Source of the DNA: Pseudomonadota bacterium
GTDB taxonomy: Bacteria; Pseudomonadota; Gammaproteobacteria; Methylococcales; Methylococcaceae
Length of the DNA stretch: 58,485 bases
Assembly (NCBI GenBank): GCA_039795615.1
Contig: JBDKLO010000149.1
Coordinates: 1 to 58,485 of the forward strand
Direction of reading: 5' to 3'
The stretch's first letter is position 1. Each line of letters begins with the position of its first letter. Below are positions 10,125 through 19,575 of this stretch, piece by piece. A program made the translations under genes and the position numbers. Under the pieces are notes generated by a model. It was not told the origin of the DNA. It ran no database searches and was given only the letters and a program-made list of their open reading frames with translations.

Positions 10125-10763
10125 ATGTCTTCTCAACACCTAACTGCCCGACAAATTCTTGCACAGGGGCCGGTTGTTCCTGTCATGGTGATTGATGATC
10201 TCGCTGCTGCAGTGCCCTTGGCGCGTGCGCTGGTTGCAGGCGGGGTGAGGGTGCTTGAAATTACACTCAGGACGCCGGTCGCAATCGATGCCATCCGCCG
10301 CATTTCCGGAGAGGTTGAAGGCGCGATTGTAGGTGCAGGAACGGTTCTGACACCCGATCAGTTTAAAGCCTGTCGAGAAGCCGGTTCACGTTTCGTGATC
10401 AGCCCTGGATTGACTCCCAGCTTGCTGAATGTGGCCAAGGATGAGGGAATTCCCCTGATTCCTGGGATTGCCACCATCTCCGAATTGATGCTCGGCATGG
10501 AGTCAGGTCTTGATGCTTTCAAGTTTTTTCCAGCGGAGGCCGCTGGGGGTATCCCGATGCTGAAAGCTATCGCAGGACCGATTCCACAAGTTCAGTTTTG
10601 TCCGACGGGAGGAATTACGCCTTCCAATTATCGGGACTATCTTGCCCTTAAGAATGTCTCCTGTGTCGGTGGCTCCTGGCTCGCTCCGGCCGACAAGGTC
10701 AGGGCAGGTGACTATGCTGCAGTGACGACCTTGGCCCAAGAGGCTGTTGCCGGGGCGGCCTGA
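10125..10763 (+). CDS. eda: KDPG/KHG aldolase
   Basis: [34 protein letters not shown] matches the Eda core. Start moved to ATG 10125, just after the edd stop at 10108. Confidence 0.9.
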   Translation: MSSQHLTARQILAQGPVVPVMVIDDLAAAVPLARALVAGGVRVLEITLRTPVAIDAIRRISGEVEGAIVGAGTVLTPDQFKACREAGSRFVISPGLTPSLLNVAKDEGIPLIPGIATISELMLGMESGLDAFKFFPAEAAGGIPMLKAIAGPIPQVQFCPTGGITPSNYRDYLALKNVSCVGGSWLAPADKVRAGDYAAVTTLAQEAVAGAA

Positions 10764-10770
10764 ATTAAGG

Positions 10771-13700
10771 TCAGGATTCAGATCGGGTTTCGGCGCTCAG
10801 ATGGGAGAGGGCACCAACGATTGACTCTGCAACCACTGAGGGCGGCTGTCTGAGGAAGGTGCTCCAGGCTTCTGAAACTTCCTCCTCATAACGAACCTCA
10901 GCGCCTGGATGGCTCTGGCACCAGTGGATTCTGACGGCATGCCCTATCAGGATGTCGGTGACCAAGGTATCGCCAAAATGGATTTCGGAATGGGTCCTGA
11001 CCAATTCACTCAGGACCTTAAGGGCCTCGACGGTCAGTTCACGATATTCGGGCGCTTGGATGCGATCCAGAAGATGGGTAATCCGTAATTTGAAGGTTTG
11101 TTCTCCCGCGGTCATGTGCGATCGGACATCTTGACTGTCGATCCGACGGTGGGTGTTGTACTTGCCGCCGATCATCAGGCCTTCACAGTGACCGAGGAGG
11201 GCGTAGATGCCCTCAAAAAAGGCATTATCTTCTCGCCCTACGCTGCCTTGCTGTTCGCGCCAATGGAACCAGTATTCACCCGCCGCTTCACGCTCCTCGG
11301 TGTTGATGAGGACATCGTCGAGCCACCCGGGAGCGGGCTCTGATTTGGCCGATAAACTTTCCGCATTTTCGAGCGCCGTTTCGCTTTTTGCGTAATCTTT
11401 CAAGGTGTCCCGAAGCGCCATGGAGAGGCGATGGGGCGCAAAACCTAAAATTCGTTCGAATGCCTGGTCAAGGGAGCCTCCGGCAGCTCGTTTTTCACGC
11501 GCAATGATCACATCCAGGATATGGCCGACGCGAATAGTATTCAGGTCTGAAAACAAAGCAGGTTCCTGCTTGATCAAGAGTCCGAGCGCAATGATCAATT
11601 CCTGAATCAGAATTTGAAGGCTGGGATTTCCAGGATTGAAGTTTCGAATGGCTCCAAGCAACTCAGATGAATCCGCAGGACGCCTGAATGTCGCCTTGCC
11701 ACTGTAAGATTTACCCACGGTCAACCCATGCTGACGCACGAGAATTTCTGTCGCAGCTTGTTCAAGATTAATGTCGTATTTGCCCAGCAGCGCTGCGGTC
11801 ACGCGAATCAATCGCCAGTCGTGATGGTTGCCTGCCTGAACATAAAGGTCTTCCAGTGCCTCACTTAGGGAGAAAGGCAGGGACTCTGAAGATCCGACTT
11901 CGCGTTCATGCAATATCCGCAGAATGTCGAGCCATATTGAAGCGGACCGTGTCAGATTTAGGCGCGCGATGAGTTCATGGTTTTCCAACATGTCCCATGG
12001 CGTTCCATCAGAGTCACCCCGTGCGGCCTCACCAAACTCGAGCACCCCCTGAGTGAATTGACCTGGCGATTCCATCTTGAGGGTGTCGCAAAGGCTACTA
12101 TCTGACAGCTGGAAATCATGAAGCTTTCCGATGCGTTCAAACGCCGTGTCTTCAGCAAATTCGGATAGGTGTATCAGCCTTGCTGGCAAATCCGGGTCTT
12201 TTTCAGCCGCAAGGTCTGAGAGAAAACCGAGCAATAGGTTCGCATCCGGTCCGTCGAGCATGTTGACGTGAAGGTCGATGAGAAGAAGGGGTTGGACCTG
12301 AGGGGTTGGCCAGTGGTCGCTGATATAGCGAAGTTCCGCCTTGATGCGTTCGACCAGAAGTGGGTTATCCATGGCGAGATAGAAGCCACTCTGATTCAGG
12401 AATTGTGGAATAAAGACCACCGGATGGTCGCCCAGAACATAGAGGCGAGCGGTCGAGAGGGATCTGATCTGGCGTAGCGGGCGACCACTCAGCCCCATCC
12501 GATCGTTACGACCCACCTGGCTATAGGCGACCGATAATTCACTGGCGCTCCGAATTTCCAGTGGCAGGACGTCCTGCCGTGTAGCGGCTTGAAGCCGCGC
12601 TTGTTTCAGGGTCTCCTTCACCTCTTCGGACTCCGCAAGCAGAGCAACCTGAACCTTGGTGCGCCCTGAAGCTCTCCCCGGTTGGTGTCGACCCAAAGGA
12701 TCAACGTCAGATGGACTGATGAGTCCGTCTGAAATCATGCATCCGAGGATGAAGAGACTTTGCGCCCAAACCAGAGGAATATTGTCGTTGGGAAGCCGGG
12801 GCTGGCTCCCCGGCTGCATTCGCTCGGCATCAAGGTGCTCCGTGTCGACGTAATAAAGTTCCGGAATGAGCCTTTTTCCATCACGTTCCACCGCAATGGA
12901 CTCAAGACGGGAACGGTAATCAGCCGCAGCCTCGAGATTTCGATCAAAGAGATGGTTCAGAAACTGATAACAGAAGAACAGGGGCCACTCACATTCGATG
13001 TGGGCAAAGGCCTTGAGTTCGTGGGGCTCGTAATGCAGACGATGAGGGTCCTCGATGAGTGTTTGGTGGCCATCGAGAAGAAACCGCTTGCACCCATAAC
13101 GGCCCTCGAGTTTCTCGATACTGCGGCGGGTCGTTTTCTCCTTCAGAACCGGATCGGAAACAGCGAATGCGGGAAATCCGGTAATGCTGAAAAGGGCGGC
13201 ATCCACTTCCTTCGAAATGGATTCGCGGGGCAAAAGAGCAGAAAGTGCGATTCGGGTCCGGGCAATATCGTCGGCGACAACGTGAACCAGAGAGGATTGC
13301 CCCCCATTCGAACCAAACAGGTTAAGGCCATCCATCGCTTCAAGCGCGGCGAGAGCCATGCCAATGGAACTGGCATTGAGTTCCGGTTCGCCATGGTTCA
13401 GCTTATGCCCCCGCTCCCAAATGCCATAGTCGGGGGTTCGGTAACTTCGACTGATGTAATGCACCAGGTTCTGAATGAAGTTCACTTCGTCCAGGGTTCC
13501 GATCATCGGAAGCCCTGAACGGATCATCTGGGCCAGCGTGAGGAGGAAGAGGGAGGTTGCATCAAGTTGCAGATGCCCCCATGCATCATCCGCAACGACT
13601 GCCTGGCCGTCTCGGGTGCCGTACTTGGCATGAAGTGAGTCAATCGGATTCTGTGTGTGCTTGAATCGTTCTACCTTGGAGGATTGCCGCATCATGGCCA

Positions 13701-14034
13701 TCAGTAGGCCACGCATGAGTTTGATTACCGATTGCTCGAGCAGATAGACCCTTTCGGGTGAGGAACCATTGCGGTCGTAGGCCATGGCCAGTCCCCAGGC
13801 CGCCATGATGCTGTAAACGTTGTCTCGCACCCAGGCATCAGTATAGTCACCGTGATTGGTGATCGCCGTACTGGCAGGAAGAAGCCCGGTCAAAAAATCC
13901 TGGCGGGCCAGAATGATCTGATCGACCTGTTCAAAGTAACTGTTAAGGAGCTGAGCATCGGCTTCTGAGGGCGCATTAAGATCATTTCGACCAAAAATCG
14001 ATGCCAGAAAACGGATGACTGGTTGCGTGTCCAT
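10771..14034 (-). CDS. Large GH15 (glucoamylase)-like protein, a homologue of phosphorylase-kinase alpha/beta subunits
   Basis: About 1087 aa. N-terminal DYTDAWVRDNVYSIMAAWGLAMAY and WGHLQLDATSLFLL are GH15/phosphorylase-kinase alpha-beta signatures. The ATG at 14034 (MDTQPVIRF) is preferred over the TTG at 14049. Confidence 0.75.
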   Translation of the reverse strand: MDTQPVIRFLASIFGRNDLNAPSEADAQLLNSYFEQVDQIILARQDFLTGLLPASTAITNHGDYTDAWVRDNVYSIMAAWGLAMAYDRNGSSPERVYLLEQSVIKLMRGLLMAMMRQSSKVERFKHTQNPIDSLHAKYGTRDGQAVVADDAWGHLQLDATSLFLLTLAQMIRSGLPMIGTLDEVNFIQNLVHYISRSYRTPDYGIWERGHKLNHGEPELNASSIGMALAALEAMDGLNLFGSNGGQSSLVHVVADDIARTRIALSALLPRESISKEVDAALFSITGFPAFAVSDPVLKEKTTRRSIEKLEGRYGCKRFLLDGHQTLIEDPHRLHYEPHELKAFAHIECEWPLFFCYQFLNHLFDRNLEAAADYRSRLESIAVERDGKRLIPELYYVDTEHLDAERMQPGSQPRLPNDNIPLVWAQSLFILGCMISDGLISPSDVDPLGRHQPGRASGRTKVQVALLAESEEVKETLKQARLQAATRQDVLPLEIRSASELSVAYSQVGRNDRMGLSGRPLRQIRSLSTARLYVLGDHPVVFIPQFLNQSGFYLAMDNPLLVERIKAELRYISDHWPTPQVQPLLLIDLHVNMLDGPDANLLLGFLSDLAAEKDPDLPARLIHLSEFAEDTAFERIGKLHDFQLSDSSLCDTLKMESPGQFTQGVLEFGEAARGDSDGTPWDMLENHELIARLNLTRSASIWLDILRILHEREVGSSESLPFSLSEALEDLYVQAGNHHDWRLIRVTAALLGKYDINLEQAATEILVRQHGLTVGKSYSGKATFRRPADSSELLGAIRNFNPGNPSLQILIQELIIALGLLIKQEPALFSDLNTIRVGHILDVIIAREKRAAGGSLDQAFERILGFAPHRLSMALRDTLKDYAKSETALENAESLSAKSEPAPGWLDDVLINTEEREAAGEYWFHWREQQGSVGREDNAFFEGIYALLGHCEGLMIGGKYNTHRRIDSQDVRSHMTAGEQTFKLRITHLLDRIQAPEYRELTVEALKVLSELVRTHSEIHFGDTLVTDILIGHAVRIHWCQSHPGAEVRYEEEVSEAWSTFLRQPPSVVAESIVGALSHLSAETRSES

Positions 14035-14045
14035 CGCGGGTGATC

Positions 14046-14333
14046 TCAACTAATTTCGGACCGGTCGGCATCGTCGAAACGAGCGCCTGATTCTTGATGA
14101 CGGGTTAGGAATAGGTCTCGACAGATGCCGAGCGGGGCAGTACTCAAGTTCAAGATCCATGCAGGATTTTCATATTTAGAAAGGAAGGCATCGACACCGG
14201 GACGATCACCTCGATGGATCAGAACAGACTCCTCGATGATTTGGAACGAGAGCAATATTTCGCTGTCGCGCGTCGGGATTTTGTCATCCCCGACATGCCA
14301 TGAGCTTTGGATTGTTCTTTGTGAATTCATCAT
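14046..14333 (-). CDS. Hypothetical small protein (95 aa) directly upstream of the GH15-like gene
   Basis: An ORF only. Its stop abuts or overlaps the GH15-like start (TTGA at 14049-14046). I recognise no family. Confidence 0.3.
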   Translation of the reverse strand: MMNSQRTIQSSWHVGDDKIPTRDSEILLSFQIIEESVLIHRGDRPGVDAFLSKYENPAWILNLSTAPLGICRDLFLTRHQESGARFDDADRSEIS

Positions 14334-14496
14334 GGGGCTCTTTCGACGCCAGATGGCATACTACCTTTATGCAAAACCGGGGCCATCCGGCACCAAGGAA
14401 TTGCCCCACGCACAGCGATGATTCGGGGTCTTCAGCGGCGAGAAGGAGCCTTGACTTGTCAATATCGGTGCAACAACGCACAGGAAGGGGGCTGGA

Positions 14497-14973
14497 TTGT
14501 TTGAAAAAGAAAACGTAAAGAAACCAGTGGCTGAGGGCGAAAGACCAGCCGTGGCTTATGCGGGGTTTTGGCAAAGACTATTGGCCAACCTCATTGATGG
14601 GGTCTTGATGGCGGCTTGGATGATACCTGCGCTCTATTATTTTTATGGGGATGAGCTCCTGACCGACCCACATCTGATCATGGGACCTGCGGATTTCATC
14701 ATCAGCTGGGTCCTTCCGATGCTTGGCGTTCTAGTCCTTTGGGATCGAAAGCAGGGGACCTTGGGAAAACTAGCCCTAGGCCTTCGGATCGTTGATGCCG
14801 AAACGCTGCAGCCACTGAGCCGAAAACAGGAGTTGATTCGTTATCTGGGCTACTTTTTATCCACGCTTCCCTTGGGACTGGGCTTTCTTTGGATTATGGC
14901 GGACCCCCGCAAGCAGGGGTTCCATGACCGGTTGGCAGGATCAGTGGTTGTTCGAAAACCCCAGGCTTCCTAG
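14497..14973 (+). CDS. RDD-family membrane protein
   Basis: YAGFWQRLLANLIDGVL...WDRKQGTLGKLALGLRIVD...GFHDRLAGSVVV fits the RDD-domain pattern. TTG start. Confidence 0.85.
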   Translation: MFEKENVKKPVAEGERPAVAYAGFWQRLLANLIDGVLMAAWMIPALYYFYGDELLTDPHLIMGPADFIISWVLPMLGVLVLWDRKQGTLGKLALGLRIVDAETLQPLSRKQELIRYLGYFLSTLPLGLGFLWIMADPRKQGFHDRLAGSVVVRKPQAS

Positions 14974-15003
14974 CGGGATCGCCTGAAATCCTGGGGAGAT
15001 TCA

Positions 15004-16959
15004 TCAATGCGCTGACTGTGCCAGTTCATCCGGGTTGAGAGCACAGAGATTCGGTATACCGTCGCAGTGGCGGTGGAGGATTCGTCGGACCTCGTCAATG
15101 GCCAAGGGGTGCCCTTGTGCACTGTGGTCGGTTCGGACGATGAATTCTGACTCGACCCCCCCGATATGAGCACTCTTGTATTCAACCACGCCGTCATTGC
15201 CGTTTTTGATATCCATGTTTGGAAGAACCGGAATGATCGAGTTGGCTGTAATTCCTGGGGCCAAGGGGAGTTCTGCAACTTTGGCCATGACCGGACTCTT
15301 GGAGCTCATGCCATCCACCGCCGTGGGCATTTCGTCCTTCAGCTCGGGGGGCAGTTTAAGTTGGGCTGAAATGTCATGCCATTTACTACTGATATTGGAT
15401 ATGAATTTTGCGGGTGTGCCCACAACAGCCCGGGTGAGCTTACGGACCCAGTCCTCGGTCAGGAAGCTGCCCCGATGCGGTGTCGAGATGAAAACGACAC
15501 GTTTGACGAACGGCAGATGGTTGAAGAAGAGGGCCCGTTGGAAGCCCTCTTTGATCAGAGGGTCTGCCTTGAAGTTGGCAAAGGGGATGTCACTCATCGA
15601 GCGCCAGAGCTGATCGCCGGTATCGATAGCGGTCATGTGCGTCAGGAGTCCACCTTGACTGTGTCCAATGACGACCATTTGCTGCATTGCAGGATCCTTA
15701 TTCTCAGGATCCAGTTGATGGACCATGCTGGTCAGTGTTTCCCTGAGGTCTGCGGCTGATGCCGGAACCGGGCGACTGCTGGTGTATTCGTAAAACCAGA
15801 ACTGATATTTAGCCCTGATCAGGGGGTCCGCCCGCAAGGTGTTGACCATCTCGGCCCACCAGACGGGGCTGCTTCCGGTTCCATGAACGAGAACAACAGG
15901 AATTCGGCCTGGTTGATAGGCCTGAATGAAGAGAATGTGCCGTTCGATATCCTCACCGAAAATGAAACGCTTCAAACCGGCATGCCAGAGCTCCTTGTCA
16001 TTGAGCCGATAAGCCAGAGGAGTTGTGGAATCCGTTTGCAAGGGCACGGTCTTGCCATTGACGACCACATCGATGTCGTCATAGCTTGAAATCAGGTCCA
16101 GCGTGCTTTCTGCTTTGCCCTGGGAAAGTCTGTTGAGATTGCCCTTGACCTGAAGGAAGGCCGTAATCGGAAGTACCCCGCCATTGGGTGCCTTGGATGA
16201 TTTTTTGGTCACGCCCAGAATCGGCGTCCCCAGACCAGCCGTTCGGTTTTGGCTGGTAAAGCCAAAAACGTCATAGGCATCCGTTGGCTCAAGTCGTTCG
16301 AAATCTTCCAGATGCCAGCGCAATTCATCCGTCTGCACATCGATCGGAAGCTTAAATTCCGGAAGGATTCTCGTTCTATCGGTAAAGTCGAGGGCGACAT
16401 TGGAAGGCGATCTAAAGGCTTGATCCAGTCCCCGGTTGTAAAGTTCGCATGCTTCACGAAAGCGATTGTCATACGCGCTGGGAAGCGGTTCCTTGCCATC
16501 CCCCAGTAAGTAGAGATAGGCGTAGACGGCGCTTTGAAGATAAACATCAGCCGCGCTGGGTTTACCGGATTTTCCATCTGCTTTGGGGGGGAGTGTTTTT
16601 GCCCAACTGTAGTTGAGTTCCGCCAGGGCAAAAAGAAGGTCTCTGCGTTCATCTTTCAGCGCATGCTGGTGAAGCTGATGAAGCGCGGCTCCTGGATCGC
16701 GCTGATACAGATCAGCAAGGTCAAACCGCTGAATCACTGTCATGGCCGCATTGCTGTTTTCTTCGCCTGAGAGAGGACTCCGCGTTGCAATCTGGTAGGC
16801 CTGTTCAGGGCTGACCCGAGTGACCCCGATGGGGGGCGCACAGCCCGTCAAGCCGATCGTAGTCCAGAGGATGAAAAATTCCAGGGCCGTTTTTAACGGT
16901 CGACCTGTGGCTCGCGAGAACAGGTCTTTGGACTGAAAATCGGTGATCGAAATGGTCAT
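15004..16959 (-). CDS. Lipoprotein with a C-terminal alpha/beta serine hydrolase (lipase/esterase-like) domain
   Basis: Lipobox TTIGLTGC after the start at ATG 16959 (MTISITDF). Nucleophile elbow VVIGHSQGG, and VVLVHGTGSS oxyanion region. Confidence 0.75.
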   Translation of the reverse strand: MTISITDFQSKDLFSRATGRPLKTALEFFILWTTIGLTGCAPPIGVTRVSPEQAYQIATRSPLSGEENSNAAMTVIQRFDLADLYQRDPGAALHQLHQHALKDERRDLLFALAELNYSWAKTLPPKADGKSGKPSAADVYLQSAVYAYLYLLGDGKEPLPSAYDNRFREACELYNRGLDQAFRSPSNVALDFTDRTRILPEFKLPIDVQTDELRWHLEDFERLEPTDAYDVFGFTSQNRTAGLGTPILGVTKKSSKAPNGGVLPITAFLQVKGNLNRLSQGKAESTLDLISSYDDIDVVVNGKTVPLQTDSTTPLAYRLNDKELWHAGLKRFIFGEDIERHILFIQAYQPGRIPVVLVHGTGSSPVWWAEMVNTLRADPLIRAKYQFWFYEYTSSRPVPASAADLRETLTSMVHQLDPENKDPAMQQMVVIGHSQGGLLTHMTAIDTGDQLWRSMSDIPFANFKADPLIKEGFQRALFFNHLPFVKRVVFISTPHRGSFLTEDWVRKLTRAVVGTPAKFISNISSKWHDISAQLKLPPELKDEMPTAVDGMSSKSPVMAKVAELPLAPGITANSIIPVLPNMDIKNGNDGVVEYKSAHIGGVESEFIVRTDHSAQGHPLAIDEVRRILHRHCDGIPNLCALNPDELAQSAH

Positions 16960-17062
16960 TATGTGCTCTGATTTCGGGGCGAATGGATTTTGACTTGCCA
17001 GGGAGCGCTGTGGATAATGAATCACACCTTCCGTTGGGATAGCGGGGGGGGAATTGCATGAG

Positions 17063-17136
17063 GCGGGTGTAGTTCAATGGTAGAACTTCAGGTTCCCAAC
17101 CTGACAGCGTGGGTTCGATTCCCATCACCCGCTCCA
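17063..17136 (+). tRNA. tRNA-Gly (anticodon CCC)
   Basis: A 74-nt cloverleaf folded by hand: acceptor GCGGGTG/CACCCGC, D-arm GTTC-AATGGTA-GAAC, anticodon arm TCAGG-TTCCCAA-CCTGA, T-arm GTGGG-TTCGATT-CCCAT, and an encoded CCA. Confidence 0.9.
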
Positions 17137-17230
17137 CCACTCAGGTTGGCTTTGATGGTTATCAGTCCTCGATATCAAGCTATCTCAGGCTGCCAGTTAG
17201 GGCTTTAAACTCAACGCCACGGTCCGCTCA

Positions 17231-18007
17231 GTGCAAGCCTTCACTCAGTATATCTACCAGCATGATGATTTTACGATCATCTTGATCTGTACGTCATCGC
17301 TCGTTCTGTCCGGGCTGATGCTTTACTGGCTGTGTCGGCTGATCTTTTCGCCCTTTAAGATCAAGGAAGACCCTTATTATGGGGTCACGATCATTGGAAC
17401 AGCGCTTTCTTTGACCGCCCTGCTGTTGATTTTTACCCTCGTGCAAGCCATGGGGATCGTGAATCAGACGCACAAGATGGTCGTGACGGAGGTGGAGTCG
17501 CTATACAAGGTCAAATCCGTCTGCCTTCTGGTCTCGACGGATGATTGCACGGCGATTACGAGTACCCTTGACCATTACGTGCGATCGATACTCGCAAGCG
17601 ATTGGCCGAAACCCCCGGATCATGACACTCAAGGCGCCTACGAAGGTGTCGTGGTTTGTCTTCGTGACATCATTCGAAAAAATCCTTCAGATTCCGTGGA
17701 GCGGCAAAACTTATTAGTCGCGCTGGATACCATGATTAAGGCCCGGCACGAGCGCATGCTCAATACCGGTAAGGAAATACCCAAGGTTTTCTTTGGTGCG
17801 ACCTTTTGTCTTTTGACCACCTTCGTATTGTTTTTCTACTTTTTGGCGCCAAAAAATGGTTTTTCGCAGTTGGCGCTGGCCTTGCTCCTTTCATTCAATG
17901 GGACCCTCTTGGGTCTGGTGATCGTCTACGACCATCCCTATGAGGGCGATAGCGGGGTCACTCAAGCGGAATTTCGCCCCACTCTTGAGGCCTTGTTGAG
18001 ACCCTAG
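17231..18007 (+). CDS. DUF4239-family membrane protein
   Basis: Two N-terminal and two C-terminal TM helices with a soluble middle. The [19 protein letters not shown] end resembles the DUF4239 C-terminal motif. Paralogue of 54533-55324. GTG start. Confidence 0.7.
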   Translation: MQAFTQYIYQHDDFTIILICTSSLVLSGLMLYWLCRLIFSPFKIKEDPYYGVTIIGTALSLTALLLIFTLVQAMGIVNQTHKMVVTEVESLYKVKSVCLLVSTDDCTAITSTLDHYVRSILASDWPKPPDHDTQGAYEGVVVCLRDIIRKNPSDSVERQNLLVALDTMIKARHERMLNTGKEIPKVFFGATFCLLTTFVLFFYFLAPKNGFSQLALALLLSFNGTLLGLVIVYDHPYEGDSGVTQAEFRPTLEALLRP

Positions 18008-19485
18008 ACCCAGTCAAATGAGCGTTCAACGGCTTTCAACCAGCCGCTGTGCATTCTCTCGCGGTCTGCTTCACTCATTCGGGCCTCAAATCGACGATCT
18101 TCCTGCCATAAGGTGCGAAGCTCATCGAGACTTTGCCAAAATCCGACAGCCAATCCCGCCGCGTATGCGGCTCCCAAGGCCGTTGTTTCGATGACTTGGG
18201 GGCAAATGACCGGGACCCCAAGGAGGTCGGCCTGGAACTGCATCAGGGTGTCATTGACCACCATTCCACCATCCACCTGAAGCCGGTTCAGGCCATGACC
18301 CAGGTCGGTTTTCATGGCATCCAGAATCTCGCGGGTCTGATAGGCCGTTGCCTCTAATGCCGCCCGTGCAAAGTGCCCTTTGTTCACGTACCGCGTCAGT
18401 CCTACCATCACCCCTCGAGCATCACTTCGCCAATAGGGCGCAAACAACCCCGAAAATGCCGGCACAATGTACATCCCACCGGCATCATCCACGGTCTGGG
18501 CCAGCGCTTCGATGTCTGAGGCGCTCTGGATCATGCCAAGATTGTCCCTTAACCACTGAACCAAGGAACCAGTTACCGCGACAGAGCCTTCAAGGGCATA
18601 CACCGGGGGTTCAGAGCCCAGCTGGTATGCCAGGGTCGTCAAAAGACCGTGCGATGATGAGCGCGGCTCAAGACCCGTGTTCATGAGAAGAAAACATCCG
18701 GTTCCGTAAGTGTTTTTGGCATTCCCCTGTTCAAAACAGGTCTGTCCAAACAGGGCGGCTTGCTGATCACCCAGGTTGCCCGAAATCGGGATCCCCTCGA
18801 TGATGCCTTTTCCCCAACCATAGATTTCGGATGACGAACGAATGGAGGGCAGAAGGTTCTCTGGGATGTCCTGCGCTTCCAGTAGGGCCGGATCCCAGCG
18901 CAGGTGATGGAGATCCATCAGAAGGGTTCTCGACGCATTGGTGGGATCCGTCACGTGGATACCGCCGGTGAGATTCCAGATCAACCAGCTGTCGATGGTG
19001 CCAAAAAGCAGCTCCCCGTTGTTTGCCCGGGTGCGAGCGCCCGGCACGTGGTCGAGTAACCAACGGACCTTGGGACCCGAGAAATACGTCGTGATGGGGA
19101 GGCCGGTCTTATCCCTGAAACGATCTTGCCCCTCGGTCGCTGAGAGAGCCTGGCAGATGGTTGATGTGCGTGTGTCCTGCCAGACAATGGCGCGATGGAT
19201 AGGCGCTCCGGTCTCGCGATCCCAAATGACCGTGGTTTCCCGTTGGTTCGTGATTCCTATGGCGCTTACCGACTGGTGGTCAATCGATGCTTTCTGAAAC
19301 AGTTGCTGAATGAGGCTCAGCGTGTTTTGAAGAATTTCGACTGCATCATGCTCAACCCAGCCCGGTTCCGGAAAAAACTGGGTGTGTTCTGCCTGCGTAA
19401 GATTTCTTATTTGTCCTGCATGATCGAAGAGCACGCACCGGGTGCTGGTGGTTCCCTGATCGATCGCAAGAATGAACTTTTCCAT
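18004..19485 (-). CDS. glpK: Glycerol kinase
   Basis: [17 protein letters not shown]...[13 protein letters not shown] and overall collinearity with GlpK. Length 493 aa. Confidence 0.95.
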   Translation of the reverse strand: MEKFILAIDQGTTSTRCVLFDHAGQIRNLTQAEHTQFFPEPGWVEHDAVEILQNTLSLIQQLFQKASIDHQSVSAIGITNQRETTVIWDRETGAPIHRAIVWQDTRTSTICQALSATEGQDRFRDKTGLPITTYFSGPKVRWLLDHVPGARTRANNGELLFGTIDSWLIWNLTGGIHVTDPTNASRTLLMDLHHLRWDPALLEAQDIPENLLPSIRSSSEIYGWGKGIIEGIPISGNLGDQQAALFGQTCFEQGNAKNTYGTGCFLLMNTGLEPRSSSHGLLTTLAYQLGSEPPVYALEGSVAVTGSLVQWLRDNLGMIQSASDIEALAQTVDDAGGMYIVPAFSGLFAPYWRSDARGVMVGLTRYVNKGHFARAALEATAYQTREILDAMKTDLGHGLNRLQVDGGMVVNDTLMQFQADLLGVPVICPQVIETTALGAAYAAGLAVGFWQSLDELRTLWQEDRRFEARMSEADRERMHSGWLKAVERSFDWV

Positions 19486-19575
19486 GGGACGAGACCTGAA
19501 CTTCTGAAGGGCTTAGAACATTATCGCCCTTGCCGATAGAATGGGGTACCAGGTTTCAACGAGAAAATCACCGCC

